A stretch of DNA of 64,000 nucleotides from Candidatus Binatia bacterium (GTDB lineage Bacteria; Desulfobacterota; Binatia; HRBIN30), in assembly GCA_038245295.1 (NCBI GenBank), contig JBBRSP010000011.1:32001-96000 (forward strand), in the 5' to 3' direction. The first letter of the stretch is position 1. Every line of letters begins with the position of its first letter. The notes under the pieces are model-generated. The model had not been told where the DNA came from, searched no databases, and was given only the letters and a program-made list of their open reading frames with translations. Below are positions 1 to 9,740 of this stretch, one piece after another. A program made the translations under genes and the position numbers.

Positions 1-2
1 TC

Positions 3-191
3 TTCATCAGTATCGGATTCCAGACCGCGCTCATCGGCCTGCTCGCTGATCTCATCGGTTCCAACCGGTCCCTCCTCGAGGACATCTTGTTCCGCATCCG
101 GCGCATCGAGCTGCGCGATGACTCGTCGCCGATCGAGCGTGTGGTCCCAAGCAAGGATGAGGTAAAACAGGCGCGCGGAGGTCGTGCCTGA
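3..191 (+). CDS. C-terminal fragment of a GT2-family glycosyltransferase (5' truncated by window edge)
   Basis: Frame from nt 3 reads [36 protein letters not shown]..., a tail typical of membrane-anchored GT2 enzymes; its TGA overlaps the next ATG (TGATG). Confidence 0.65.
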   Translation, partial: FISIGFQTALIGLLADLIGSNRSLLEDILFRIRRIELRDDSSPIERVVPSKDEVKQARGGRA

Positions 192-1345
192 TGGGTGCGG
201 CAGGCACGGATGCTCCGATCGCGGGGCATCTGTGCTTCTTCGGGACGTATCCGAACGAGTACACCGTCACCCGGATGCTTCGCGCTTCGGCACAGGCGGC
301 CGGGTTCACAATCCAAGAGATTCACCAACCGTTGTGGGAGCAGACACGTACCAAGGGCGAAGCGTATTTCGGCTTACCTTCGCTCGTTTGCTTGGCTGGT
401 CGCTACGCCCAGGCCTTATGGCGGTTGGCGCGGCAAGTGCGCGCACCCATGGGCGGCGTTAATGCCTATGTCACCGGCTTCCAAGGCCAGCTCGATACTC
501 TCTTCCTCGCCGCCGTGCGCCGCTCCCGGGTGCCGATCCTCTTTGCTCCGCTGGTGACACTCACGGAGACGCTCGTCGAGGACCGCCACCTGCACCCCGC
601 AACGTCGCTGGTCGGCCGTGCCTTGTGGCAGATTGACCGCGCCAGCCTGCGTGCCGCTGACCATGTGCTCATCGATACCGAAGCGCATCGTCGTTACCTG
701 GTGCAGCGTTTCGAGCTCGACCCAAGTCGGATCTCCGTTTGGCCGCTTGGCGCCGATCTGAGTGTGTTTAAACCGCGCCTGCCGCGCCCCCCAGACGGGC
801 GAATCCGGGTCTTGTTCTTCGGGTCGTTCTTGCCGTTGCATGGCGTTGAAACGATGCTCCAGGCGATGGTTATGCTCGGCGATCGCCCCAATATTGAGCT
901 CACCATGCTCGGCGAAGGGCCTGAGCGCGACGGACCCGTCGCCGCGAAGGCGCCGTCCAATATTCGTTGGCTGCCATGGGTGCCCTACGCCGAGCTGCCC
1001 GAGCACGTCGCGCAAGCCGACATTTGCCTCGGCTGTTTCGGCGGCGGAACCAAGGCGGCCATGGTGATCCCAAACAAGGTGTACCAGGCGGCCGCCGTCG
1101 GGCGTGCCATCATCAGTGCCGACACGCCCGCCATCCGCGAGGTGTTCGCCGACGGTGAGAACATTGCCCTTTGTCCGCCGGGTGACGCTGCGGCCCTGGC
1201 TCAGGCGATCGTAGACCTGGCTTCCGATGCCGAACGCCGCACACAGATGGCGGCCGCGGCACAGCGGTTGATGCAGGCACAATTTACCGATGCGGCACGC
1301 GGTGATCGCTTGCGCCTGGCCATCGATCGAGCTTGCCAACGATGA
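191..1345 (+). CDS. Glycosyltransferase family 4 (GT-B)
   Basis: FFGSFLPLHGVE, ADICLGCFG...IPNKVYQAAAVGRAIISADTP motifs; coupled to neighbours. Confidence 0.9.
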   Translation: MGAAGTDAPIAGHLCFFGTYPNEYTVTRMLRASAQAAGFTIQEIHQPLWEQTRTKGEAYFGLPSLVCLAGRYAQALWRLARQVRAPMGGVNAYVTGFQGQLDTLFLAAVRRSRVPILFAPLVTLTETLVEDRHLHPATSLVGRALWQIDRASLRAADHVLIDTEAHRRYLVQRFELDPSRISVWPLGADLSVFKPRLPRPPDGRIRVLFFGSFLPLHGVETMLQAMVMLGDRPNIELTMLGEGPERDGPVAAKAPSNIRWLPWVPYAELPEHVAQADICLGCFGGGTKAAMVIPNKVYQAAAVGRAIISADTPAIREVFADGENIALCPPGDAAALAQAIVDLASDAERRTQMAAAAQRLMQAQFTDAARGDRLRLAIDRACQR

Positions 1346-2238
1346 GTCACCCCGCCGTCGGAGTCGTCGTCCTAAGCTGGAATGCCCCGATCCAAGTCGC
1401 CGCCGCCGCGCGCTCGGCGCTCGCACAAGACTATGCCCCGCTGTTTGTCGTCGTTGTTGACAACGCCTCATCACCGGTAGACCGCGAGGCGATGCGCCGC
1501 GCCCTGCCAACCGACCCCCGCGTCGAGGTCGTTTGCCTCAAGGAGAACCGCGGCTACGCCGGTGGCAACAACATCGGTGCCTGGCGGGCTCTTGAACGTG
1601 GCGCTGAGTTTCTTCTGATCTTGACGCAAGATGCGCAGCTCAAGCCAGGCGCACTGCGGCCTATGGTCGATGTGGCCGTTGGTGAAGGTGCCGGTCTTGT
1701 CGGGCCTCGTGTCATGCAGTCGTGCGACGAACGCATCGAGCTGTCGTGCGGGGAACACCTCTCTTTGCCGCTTCTTTGTCTGCCGCGCCGTTTGTTACGG
1801 CCGCGGTATCGCGGCGATGCGCCACGTCGTGTCAGCGGCCTGATGGGCTGCGTCTTGCTAATCTCGCGCGGCTGCTGGGAGGACCTTGGCGGATTCGAGG
1901 CAGCCTTTTTCGCGTACTACGAGGAGGTCGACTTCTGTGTGCGCGCTAAACGTCGCGGCTGGGGTATCTGGTGCGCTCCGGGCGCAACCGCCCTGCACGA
2001 CGGAATGCGCGGCTTTGCCGGTGGATTCAGCCCGCAAAGTGCTGAGCTGAAAGCCCGCAACCTCCTGTGGATCATGCGCCGGCATGCGCGTCCGGCCGAC
2101 TGGCTGCTGCTCTTTCCCTCTTGGCTTGCCCTGATGGCCGGGAGTCTGATGCTGTATTCCTTGCGTCGGCGTTTCGACGTGGTTCGCGCCTTGTTGCGCG
2201 GTGTAGCTCGCGGTTGCGGGCCGCTGCTGGGGAGCTGA
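1342..2238 (+). CDS. Glycosyltransferase family 2
   Basis: VVVLSWN, VVDNAS, NRGYAGGNN, FFAYYEEVDFC; ATGA overlap with upstream stop. Confidence 0.9.
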   Translation: MSHPAVGVVVLSWNAPIQVAAAARSALAQDYAPLFVVVVDNASSPVDREAMRRALPTDPRVEVVCLKENRGYAGGNNIGAWRALERGAEFLLILTQDAQLKPGALRPMVDVAVGEGAGLVGPRVMQSCDERIELSCGEHLSLPLLCLPRRLLRPRYRGDAPRRVSGLMGCVLLISRGCWEDLGGFEAAFFAYYEEVDFCVRAKRRGWGIWCAPGATALHDGMRGFAGGFSPQSAELKARNLLWIMRRHARPADWLLLFPSWLALMAGSLMLYSLRRRFDVVRALLRGVARGCGPLLGS

Positions 2239-2246
2239 TCAGCGAC

Positions 2247-3353
2247 ATGGCGCCACTACGTATCGCGATCGGAGCTATCCTTGGCACGCTGGGAGGCCCG
2301 GCAACCTATGCGCGCCAACTGATTGCGGCGCTCGCGGCGCTCGAGACATCGCACCGCTTCGTGATTCTGACCGATGCGCCAGATCAGGTCTCGAACCTGC
2401 CGGCCAATTTCGAGGTCGAGCGCGTGCCCTTGGCCTCGGCCTGGGACCAACTCCTCTGGGACCACGTCCGCATCCCGGCGGCCCTTCGGCGCAGCGGCGC
2501 AGCACTGTACCATGGTACAAAAGGGGCGTTGCCGATTTTGCTGCCGTGCCCCGCTGTGGTGACGATTCACGATCTCGCATCGTATCACCTGCCATCGACG
2601 TTTGCCTGGCCGCAGCGTCTGTACCTGCGCCTTCAGACGCCAATTGCCGTCCGCGGAGCTGCCGTCGTCATTGCCGTCAGCGAGCATGCGCGAGCCGATA
2701 TCGAGCACCACTTTGCGCTCGGCCGCGATCACACCATCGTGATTCCCGAGGCCGCCGACCCGAGCTTCAGCCCGCGCGTGGAGGCAACCGATGCGGCAAT
2801 CCTGCAACGACTCGGGTTGCGACAACCCTACGTCCTGTACCTCGGAACGATTCAACCACGCAAAAATGTCGAGATGCTGGTCGAGGCCTTCCGGACGGCT
2901 CGGTTCGACTCCTCCGTCGAGTTGGTGATCGCCGGTCGCGTACGTCCCGGGTATCACCCGTCGTTCCTGCAGGCACTGCCCGATCGTGTCCGTTATCTCG
3001 GCGCGGTCGAGGACGCGGACCAGCGGGCCCTGTATCGGAACGCGATGGTCTTCTGTAGCCCGTCCAGTTATGAGGGCTTCGGTTTGTCCCTTCTCGAAGC
3101 CATGCAGAGCGGATGTCTGGTGATCGCCGCGCGCAATACTTCGGTTACGGAAGTCGTTGCCGATGCGGGTGTGTTGCTGGACACCCTGTCGGTTGCCACC
3201 CTGCGGGAGGCGCTGATCGCCGCGGTCAATTACCCAGCTCGGTTCGTCGAGCTCCGGCAGCGGGCGAGTCAACGCGCCAAACAGTTTTCGTGGAAGGCGA
3301 CCGCCGAGGCGACTCTGCGACTCTATGATCAGGTGTTGAGGCAACACTCATGA
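2247..3353 (+). CDS. Glycosyltransferase family 4 (mannosyltransferase-like)
   Basis: VVTIHDL, YLGTIQPRKN, PSSYEGFGLSLLEAM, FSW motifs; start moved to ATG 2247. Confidence 0.9.
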   Translation: MAPLRIAIGAILGTLGGPATYARQLIAALAALETSHRFVILTDAPDQVSNLPANFEVERVPLASAWDQLLWDHVRIPAALRRSGAALYHGTKGALPILLPCPAVVTIHDLASYHLPSTFAWPQRLYLRLQTPIAVRGAAVVIAVSEHARADIEHHFALGRDHTIVIPEAADPSFSPRVEATDAAILQRLGLRQPYVLYLGTIQPRKNVEMLVEAFRTARFDSSVELVIAGRVRPGYHPSFLQALPDRVRYLGAVEDADQRALYRNAMVFCSPSSYEGFGLSLLEAMQSGCLVIAARNTSVTEVVADAGVLLDTLSVATLREALIAAVNYPARFVELRQRASQRAKQFSWKATAEATLRLYDQVLRQHS

Positions 3354-4285
3354 CCCAAATCCCGAGCGTTGCCGTGTTGGTGCTCAACTGGAACGGGATC
3401 GACGACACGATGGAGTGTCTCGAAAGCCTCCTGCGCGTCGACTATCCGCGTATGGAAATCATCGTGGTTGATAACGGCTCGACCGTGTCGCCGCGGGCGC
3501 GTATTGCGGCAGCCTTCCCAACGGTGACGATCCTCGAGACCGGCATCAATAAAGGATTCTCGGGCGGCAACAACGATGGCCTGCGCTACGCGATGGACCA
3601 GGGGCACGACTACGCCTTCGTGCTGAACAACGATACGACGGTCGACCCGGCGGTTTTGCGGGAAGCCGTCGCGGTCGCCGAGTCGGACACGCGGATTGGC
3701 GTCGTGGGCGTCAAGATCCTGGCCTACGATCAACCCGACCGCATCTGGGTTGCCTACGGCGAGGTTACCTACCGTCAGAGTCTGGTCCGTCTGATTGGTT
3801 TTTACAGCTTTGATGACGGCCGCTTCGATACGCAGCGCGATGTTGAATGGGTTCCCGGGACAGCGATGTTGCTGCGGCGCAAGGCGCTGCAGGAAGTTGG
3901 ACTGTTCGACGATGACTTCTTTGCGTATCACGAAGATGTCGACTGGTGCGTACGCGCCCGTAACCTCGGCTATCGTGTTGTGTTTGCGCCGAAACCGATC
4001 ATTCATCACAAGGTCAGCCGCAGCTCGGGCGGCAAAGGGTATGTGACACCGCGACAGTATCTGGCGTCGCGCAATATGGTGTTGTTCGTGCGTAAGCACG
4101 CCAACGTTCTACAGAAGCTCAAGTTCATATCCTTCCAGGTCGTCGCCCTGCCGCTGCAGTACGTAGTGCGCTCGTTTACGGGCGAGCAAGCCGGCGTCAC
4201 CCTTAAGATCCGCGGCATGCGCGATGCGCTGGCCGGCAGGCCGCTGCCTTTGGCGGAGTTGGGACTGAGGCCCAGAGTCGAATGA
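3350..4285 (+). CDS. Glycosyltransferase family 2
   Basis: VLNWNG, VVDNGS, NKGFSGGNN, LNND, FFAYHEDVDWC. Confidence 0.92.
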   Translation: MTQIPSVAVLVLNWNGIDDTMECLESLLRVDYPRMEIIVVDNGSTVSPRARIAAAFPTVTILETGINKGFSGGNNDGLRYAMDQGHDYAFVLNNDTTVDPAVLREAVAVAESDTRIGVVGVKILAYDQPDRIWVAYGEVTYRQSLVRLIGFYSFDDGRFDTQRDVEWVPGTAMLLRRKALQEVGLFDDDFFAYHEDVDWCVRARNLGYRVVFAPKPIIHHKVSRSSGGKGYVTPRQYLASRNMVLFVRKHANVLQKLKFISFQVVALPLQYVVRSFTGEQAGVTLKIRGMRDALAGRPLPLAELGLRPRVE

Positions 4286-5148
4286 GCTTCACCTACTACC
4301 GCACCCCGACGCAATTCGAGCCGGCGGGTGACGATCCGGCGCAGCGGGCGAGCCAGGTGTGTTGGTTCATGGATGCCGGTGGCAACCCCGACGCTCGCGC
4401 CGTGGTAGAGCAACAGGTGGCCCTGTGCGCTCAGGAGCGAACTCTGTCGGTGTTTCTGGCGAAGCTCCCGAAGGACGAAGTGATCCTCGATGCCGGCTGT
4501 GGGCTGGCACGTTGGGTCCTTTTCCTGCGCCGACGCGGCTACCGCGTCGTGGGGATCGATTGCGCCATTGCCGCCGTGCGACAAACAAGTTTGGCCGACG
4601 CACATGCGCCGCTGGTGGTCGGTGATACGCAACAGTTGCCCCTGCGCGACGCAGCCCTCGGCGGCGTAATTTCGTTTGGTGTCGTCGAGCACGACCCAGC
4701 CGGGCCCCTATCCTCGCTTCAAGAGCTGCGGCGGGTCTTACGCCCTGGCGGAGTGGCTCTGGTCTCCGTGCCCTACAACAACCTCTGGCGCCGTGTCGTC
4801 GTGAACAATGCCCGACGCTTGCGCGACTGGCGTAAACGTCGCGCCGGCCTGCATCCCGAGTTTGCCGAGTATCGCTTTTCCGCGGGCGAGTTATGCGGCT
4901 TCCTGCGGCGTGCCGGGTTTGAGATCGACTCGGTCCATGCCGATGATTTCGAGGCGCCTCTCGCGAAGGGGTTGTGGGCCGACTCTCCCACGGCCTTTGG
5001 TTATCTCGTCGGCGAGTTTGGCCTGGCCGCCGGCCACGGGATGTGGGAGCTCAACCGTTGGGGGCGCGGCTTGCAAACCGTTGCCAACGCCATCTCGCCG
5101 TGGCTCGTCGCCGGCGGTGTTATGGTGGTTGCGCGGCGCCCCTCGTGA
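4282..5148 (+). CDS. Class I SAM-dependent methyltransferase
   Basis: ILDAGCGLA motif I, GVVEH, RVLRPGG; ATGA overlap. Confidence 0.85.
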   Translation: MSFTYYRTPTQFEPAGDDPAQRASQVCWFMDAGGNPDARAVVEQQVALCAQERTLSVFLAKLPKDEVILDAGCGLARWVLFLRRRGYRVVGIDCAIAAVRQTSLADAHAPLVVGDTQQLPLRDAALGGVISFGVVEHDPAGPLSSLQELRRVLRPGGVALVSVPYNNLWRRVVVNNARRLRDWRKRRAGLHPEFAEYRFSAGELCGFLRRAGFEIDSVHADDFEAPLAKGLWADSPTAFGYLVGEFGLAAGHGMWELNRWGRGLQTVANAISPWLVAGGVMVVARRPS

Positions 5149-5167
5149 GCTGCAAGATGAACTCGAA

Positions 5168-6142
5168 ATGCGCGTAGTTGCGGTAACCGTCAATTGGAAC
5201 CAGGCACACCTGACGGCGCGCTGCGTCGCCAGCTTGATGCAAGGTCCCGTCAGGCCCGCGGCCATCGTGGTTGTCGACAATGGCTCGATGGCCGATCCTG
5301 AGCCGCTTTTGACAGCGACCGGCCACGCGGTGGAGCTCGTCCGCAATGCGTCGAATCAAGGGTTTGCCGGTGGCGCCAATCGTGGCATCGAACGCGCGCT
5401 CGAGCTCGGGGCCGATGCTGTCTTCATCATCAACAACGACGCAACCGCCGAGCCCACATGCCTGCACGAGTTGATCGCGGCGCTCGACGCACAACCGCGC
5501 CTGGCCGCTGTAGGCGCAAAAACCTTGACGGAAGAGACACCGCCGCGCATTCATACCGCCTATGGTGTGCTCACGTACAACGGGCCGCTGGTTCAGCAGC
5601 GCGGTTGGATGGAGCCCGATGTCTCGCTGTTCAGCGAACAATGTGATGTCGACTACATTTCCGGTTGTGCGATGCTGCTGCGTGCCGCGGTGATTCGCGA
5701 AGTCGGCGCCTTCGACGAAGACTACTTTGCGTATCACGAGGATCTCGATTGGTGCGCTCGCGTCCAGGCCCGCGGCTACCGGGTCGCGTATGTGCCGCGC
5801 GCCATCGTCAACCATCGCATGCATGCGTCGACCAATGGCGGCGGTTACGGCAGCCCGATCACGTATCTGTCGTCGCGCAATGCAATCTTGTTTGTTCGCA
5901 AGAATGCCGCCTGGCGCGAATGGGCAAGGTTCTATGTGCACCTGCCGGCGAGCCTGGCACGCGAAGCAGCGTTTCGATTTCCGCGCGGCGAGTGGCGGGC
6001 GTTCCTGCTGCGGCTACGTGGCGTGTGGGACGGCCTCTGTCGCCGACCGGTGCCGCTCGCCGACCTCGGCCTGAGTACTCACCGCGCCCCAAGCCAGACT
6101 CGTGGCGTCGAGTCGACCCCCGAATTGGGGCGCGACGGATGA
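5168..6142 (+). CDS. Glycosyltransferase family 2
   Basis: VTVNWN, VVDNGS, NQGFAGGAN, YFAYHEDLDWC; start at ATG 5168. Confidence 0.9.
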   Translation: MRVVAVTVNWNQAHLTARCVASLMQGPVRPAAIVVVDNGSMADPEPLLTATGHAVELVRNASNQGFAGGANRGIERALELGADAVFIINNDATAEPTCLHELIAALDAQPRLAAVGAKTLTEETPPRIHTAYGVLTYNGPLVQQRGWMEPDVSLFSEQCDVDYISGCAMLLRAAVIREVGAFDEDYFAYHEDLDWCARVQARGYRVAYVPRAIVNHRMHASTNGGGYGSPITYLSSRNAILFVRKNAAWREWARFYVHLPASLAREAAFRFPRGEWRAFLLRLRGVWDGLCRRPVPLADLGLSTHRAPSQTRGVESTPELGRDG

Positions 6143-7080
6143 GTGAATCGACCGAACGGCCGCATGTGGCCATCGTCATCCTGACTTGGAACGGCAAGGA
6201 CTTTGTCCTCGAGTGTCTGCGCTCACTGGCCTGCATCAAGTATCCGAACTGGAGCGCGACGGTCATCGACAATGCGTCGGCCGACGGGACGGCCGACGCG
6301 GTGCGTGAACGATTCCCGCAACAGCGTCTCCTGGTCATGGAAAAGAACCTTGGCTTCTGTGGTGGCAACAATCGGGGTATCACCGACGCGTTGGAGCGCG
6401 GCGCCGACTATGTCCTGTTGCTCAATAACGACGTCGAGATGCATCCCGACATGCTCGACGAATTGGTCAAGGCCGCCGAGACGGATCCACGCATCGGCAT
6501 TGTTGGTGCCAAGAACATCCTGATGGTCGACCATAACTTATTATGGGGCGCCTATGGCGACTTGACGTTTGGCGCCGAGCTCGTGCATCTGGCGGGACGC
6601 TTTGCCAGGTCGGACGATCCACAGTTTCTGACCACCAAAGATGTCGATTGGGTGATCGGCAACGGTATGATGTTCAAGCGTGCGGAGCTCCAGGATGTCG
6701 GCGGTTTTGATGAGTGGTTCTTCGGCTATCACGAAGATGTCGATCTATGCCTGCGCGCCCGCCAACGTGGCTGGCGCGTCGTCTACGTCGGGGCCGCCAG
6801 CATCTATCACCACGGCGGCGCGGCGGCCGGCGCCACGGCGAAGATGCCCTTCCCGACGGTGTATTTCCTCGGGCGCAACGCTTTCCTGTTCGCCCGTAAA
6901 CACGGTACGGCCGCTCAGTTGGGCGTCTTCGTGGCGCGATTCATTTCGCGGACCACGCTGGATGCGTTTCAAGCCTGGCGTAAAGGGGAGCGCGTGAAGC
7001 ACCACTTGTGGTTGCTGCGCGGCTTTGCCGATGCGGTGATCGGTCGCCTGCCGTTGCGGCAACTCGGATTACAGCCATGA
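6139..7080 (+). CDS. Glycosyltransferase family 2
   Basis: ILTWNG, IDNAS, NLGFCGGNN, LLNND, FFGYHEDVDLC; ATGA overlap. Confidence 0.92.
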   Translation: MSESTERPHVAIVILTWNGKDFVLECLRSLACIKYPNWSATVIDNASADGTADAVRERFPQQRLLVMEKNLGFCGGNNRGITDALERGADYVLLLNNDVEMHPDMLDELVKAAETDPRIGIVGAKNILMVDHNLLWGAYGDLTFGAELVHLAGRFARSDDPQFLTTKDVDWVIGNGMMFKRAELQDVGGFDEWFFGYHEDVDLCLRARQRGWRVVYVGAASIYHHGGAAAGATAKMPFPTVYFLGRNAFLFARKHGTAAQLGVFVARFISRTTLDAFQAWRKGERVKHHLWLLRGFADAVIGRLPLRQLGLQP

Positions 7081-8270
7081 GCACGCCTCGCGCTGGGGCG
7101 GTGTCGCGCCTGTTGCATCGCACCCTCGGCAATCGTCGGGTGGCGGATTTCTGGCGCCTGCCGTCGTTTCCCGAGACCGTCCTGACGCCGCAACGGCTGC
7201 GCAATCTCTACCTGGCGAGGTATGAGCAGCAGACCTGTCGCGAGATCACACGCTCGCTGCCGATCAAGCTGACTCTCGAGCCGACCAATGTATGCAACCT
7301 GCGTTGTCCGGCCTGCTTTACCGGCCTTGGTGATGTCGGCCGAGTGCGCTCGATGATGTCGATAGATCTCTACCAGAAGTTGCTCGACGAGCTCGGCGAC
7401 ACACTTCTCGTGCTCGAGTTCTTCAACTGGGGCGAGCCGTTGCTGCACAAAGGCCTCGAGGCAATGATCGCAGCGGCCACCGAACGTGGCATTGCGACGA
7501 TCGTCAGCACCAACTTCAGCATTCCATTCAGCGACGAGCGCGCCGAGGCACTGGTGCGGGCCGGCTTGAGCGTTTTGAGTGTATCGATCGACGGGGCGAC
7601 GCAGGAAGCCTACGAGAAGTACCGCGTACGCGGCGACCTGGAGTTGGTGTTGAAGAACTGTCGCGCCGTTGTCCAAGCCAAGCGCCGCCTCAGCGTCCGC
7701 GGCCCTCGGGTGTATTGGGGCTATCACGTCTTTGAGCACAACATCGAAGACATCGCGCACGCCGTCGAGCTGGCGCACGACATCGGCATGGAGATCTCAG
7801 TCGAGAAGGGCTGGGTCGTGGGCGAAGAGTGGAACCCCGACGGGCCGTATAAGTTCTTCGCCAACGTCACCCCGGGCGCGTGCAATTTCCTGTGGCAGTA
7901 TGCCGTGGTCAACAACGACGGTGGCGTCGCCTCGTGCTGTGGGACATTTTACGAGGAGGACGACATGGGCCGCCTGGCCATCAAGCCCAGTGATCTAGGT
8001 TCGGCGTCCTTCCGCGACATCTGGAACGGCGAACGCTTCCGTGCGTCTCGACGTCTGTTCCGCGATCGTGGTGCGGCCACCGCCGCGGAACGCCAGCTCG
8101 TCTGTTACAATTGCCCGCAGACGGTGGTCTGGGACCGTTTCAAGCAGCACCGCGCCGGCGGCGGTGCGGAGAATACCTTCGAACCAGGGTTCAGCACCAA
8201 CGACTCCTTCAACTACTTTCTCAACCGCCGTCCCAACCGTGATCCGAAGATGCCGCCCGCCGCGGAGTGA
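7077..8270 (+). CDS. Radical SAM protein with SPASM/twitch-type C-terminal domain
   Basis: CNLRCPAC (CxxxCxxC), NWGEPLL, SIDG; C-terminal C...SCC...IWN...CYNC. Confidence 0.9.
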   Translation: MSTPRAGAVSRLLHRTLGNRRVADFWRLPSFPETVLTPQRLRNLYLARYEQQTCREITRSLPIKLTLEPTNVCNLRCPACFTGLGDVGRVRSMMSIDLYQKLLDELGDTLLVLEFFNWGEPLLHKGLEAMIAAATERGIATIVSTNFSIPFSDERAEALVRAGLSVLSVSIDGATQEAYEKYRVRGDLELVLKNCRAVVQAKRRLSVRGPRVYWGYHVFEHNIEDIAHAVELAHDIGMEISVEKGWVVGEEWNPDGPYKFFANVTPGACNFLWQYAVVNNDGGVASCCGTFYEEDDMGRLAIKPSDLGSASFRDIWNGERFRASRRLFRDRGAATAAERQLVCYNCPQTVVWDRFKQHRAGGGAENTFEPGFSTNDSFNYFLNRRPNRDPKMPPAAE

Positions 8271-8288
8271 TTGGCTTTTCCTGTCGCT

Positions 8289-9719
8289 ATGGCGCATCGC
8301 CTGGCTCGCAACACGGTCGTCGGGATAAGTGGTACCGCGGCAATCAAGCTCGTGGCCTTCGCCAGCACGCAGGTACTGGCGCGCGGGTTGGGTCAGGAAG
8401 CCTTCGGCATCTACGCCTTCGTTGGTGTCTACCTGTTCTTTGCCGGCTTCCTGGTTGATCTCGGCATGGAGATCGTCCTGCGGCGCGAGCTCGCGGCGCG
8501 CCCGGCAACCGCCGCGCTGATGCTCGGCAACGCCATCCTGCTCAAGTGGATGTTGGCGGCGCTGGTGATCCCAGTGGTCATTGCGAGCGCCTGGGGCATG
8601 ACGACCGATCCTCAGGTGCGTTCGTGTATCATCTTGGCCGCCCTCGGCTTGCCGCTGTCGACGGAAGGCCTTTTCCGCGCCGTGCTTCTGAGTCGTTACG
8701 CGATTGCCACGAGTTTTATCGTCAGCGTCGTATCCGCATTGAGTCTGTTGGTCGGGAACTACCTCTGCATGACGATGCACTGGCCAATCCAATCTGTTTT
8801 CCTCGTGGCCTTACTCAACGGCGCCGCGACGGTAAGCGCCGTTTGGATTCTGGCGCGCCGTTACGTCAAACCTCGCTTCGAGTTGCGCTTCGACATCCTA
8901 CGCATGTTCTTTCGTGAATCGGTCGGCATGGGGGCCTTCGCCCTGCTGTTCATGATGGTGATGCGCGTCGATCAGATGCTGCTCTTCCAGTTGCGCGATG
9001 CCGCCGAGCTTGGTCGCTACGTCATTGCGGTGCGCATTACCGAGGCGCTGTTCGTTGTTCCGGAAGCCCTGCTGTTGACATGGTTCCCGATGCTGGCGGC
9101 TTCGCTGCACACGGCCCCGGCACAATTCCTCGAGTTATGCCGGTTGGGCGCCAAGGGGTTGGCGGCAATCATTTTTGCGGTGGGGTTGGCTCTGACGTTT
9201 GCTTCGGGGGCCGGCCTGACGCTCCTCTTCGGCGCCGGGTATGCCGACAGCGTGATGCCGACAATCGTCCTCGGCTGGGGCATGTACTTCGCCTACATGG
9301 GCGCGATCTTCATCAATGCCTTCGTCATCCAGTCCCTGCAGCGCTTGCTGCTGCTTGCCGCCGTGCTGACCGGTAGCCTCAACATTCTCCTGAACATCGT
9401 GTTGATCCGCTGGTACGGCGCCACCGGCAGCGCCCTGGCGATGCTACTGGCCAATTTCGCCGGGTTTGCCTTGTGGTTCGTATTCCCCGCGACACGACCG
9501 GTGGTGTCCGTGTGCCTGAGAGAATCGCTGCGGCCGGCTGCCAGCGCCGTCGCGGCAGGGCTCCTGGTTGCTGGGCTTGGCGCGCACGGAATTGGTGCCG
9601 CCCTATTTGCCGTCGTTGCCTACGTGGCCGTTCTCGCCGGGCTTGGTGGGATTGATCGCGGCGACGTGGGGCGCGTGCGCCATCTCGTCGCCCAGGTAAA
9701 CGTGGCTGCCACCCACTGA
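8289..9719 (+). CDS. Oligosaccharide flippase (Wzx/MOP superfamily)
   Basis: LARN...LARGLGQEAFGIY...DLG N-terminus, many hydrophobic segments, NILLNIVLIRWYGATGSA. Confidence 0.88.
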   Translation: MAHRLARNTVVGISGTAAIKLVAFASTQVLARGLGQEAFGIYAFVGVYLFFAGFLVDLGMEIVLRRELAARPATAALMLGNAILLKWMLAALVIPVVIASAWGMTTDPQVRSCIILAALGLPLSTEGLFRAVLLSRYAIATSFIVSVVSALSLLVGNYLCMTMHWPIQSVFLVALLNGAATVSAVWILARRYVKPRFELRFDILRMFFRESVGMGAFALLFMMVMRVDQMLLFQLRDAAELGRYVIAVRITEALFVVPEALLLTWFPMLAASLHTAPAQFLELCRLGAKGLAAIIFAVGLALTFASGAGLTLLFGAGYADSVMPTIVLGWGMYFAYMGAIFINAFVIQSLQRLLLLAAVLTGSLNILLNIVLIRWYGATGSALAMLLANFAGFALWFVFPATRPVVSVCLRESLRPAASAVAAGLLVAGLGAHGIGAALFAVVAYVAVLAGLGGIDRGDVGRVRHLVAQVNVAATH

Positions 9720-9740
9720 GCCTGTACAACCCTCAGCCTC

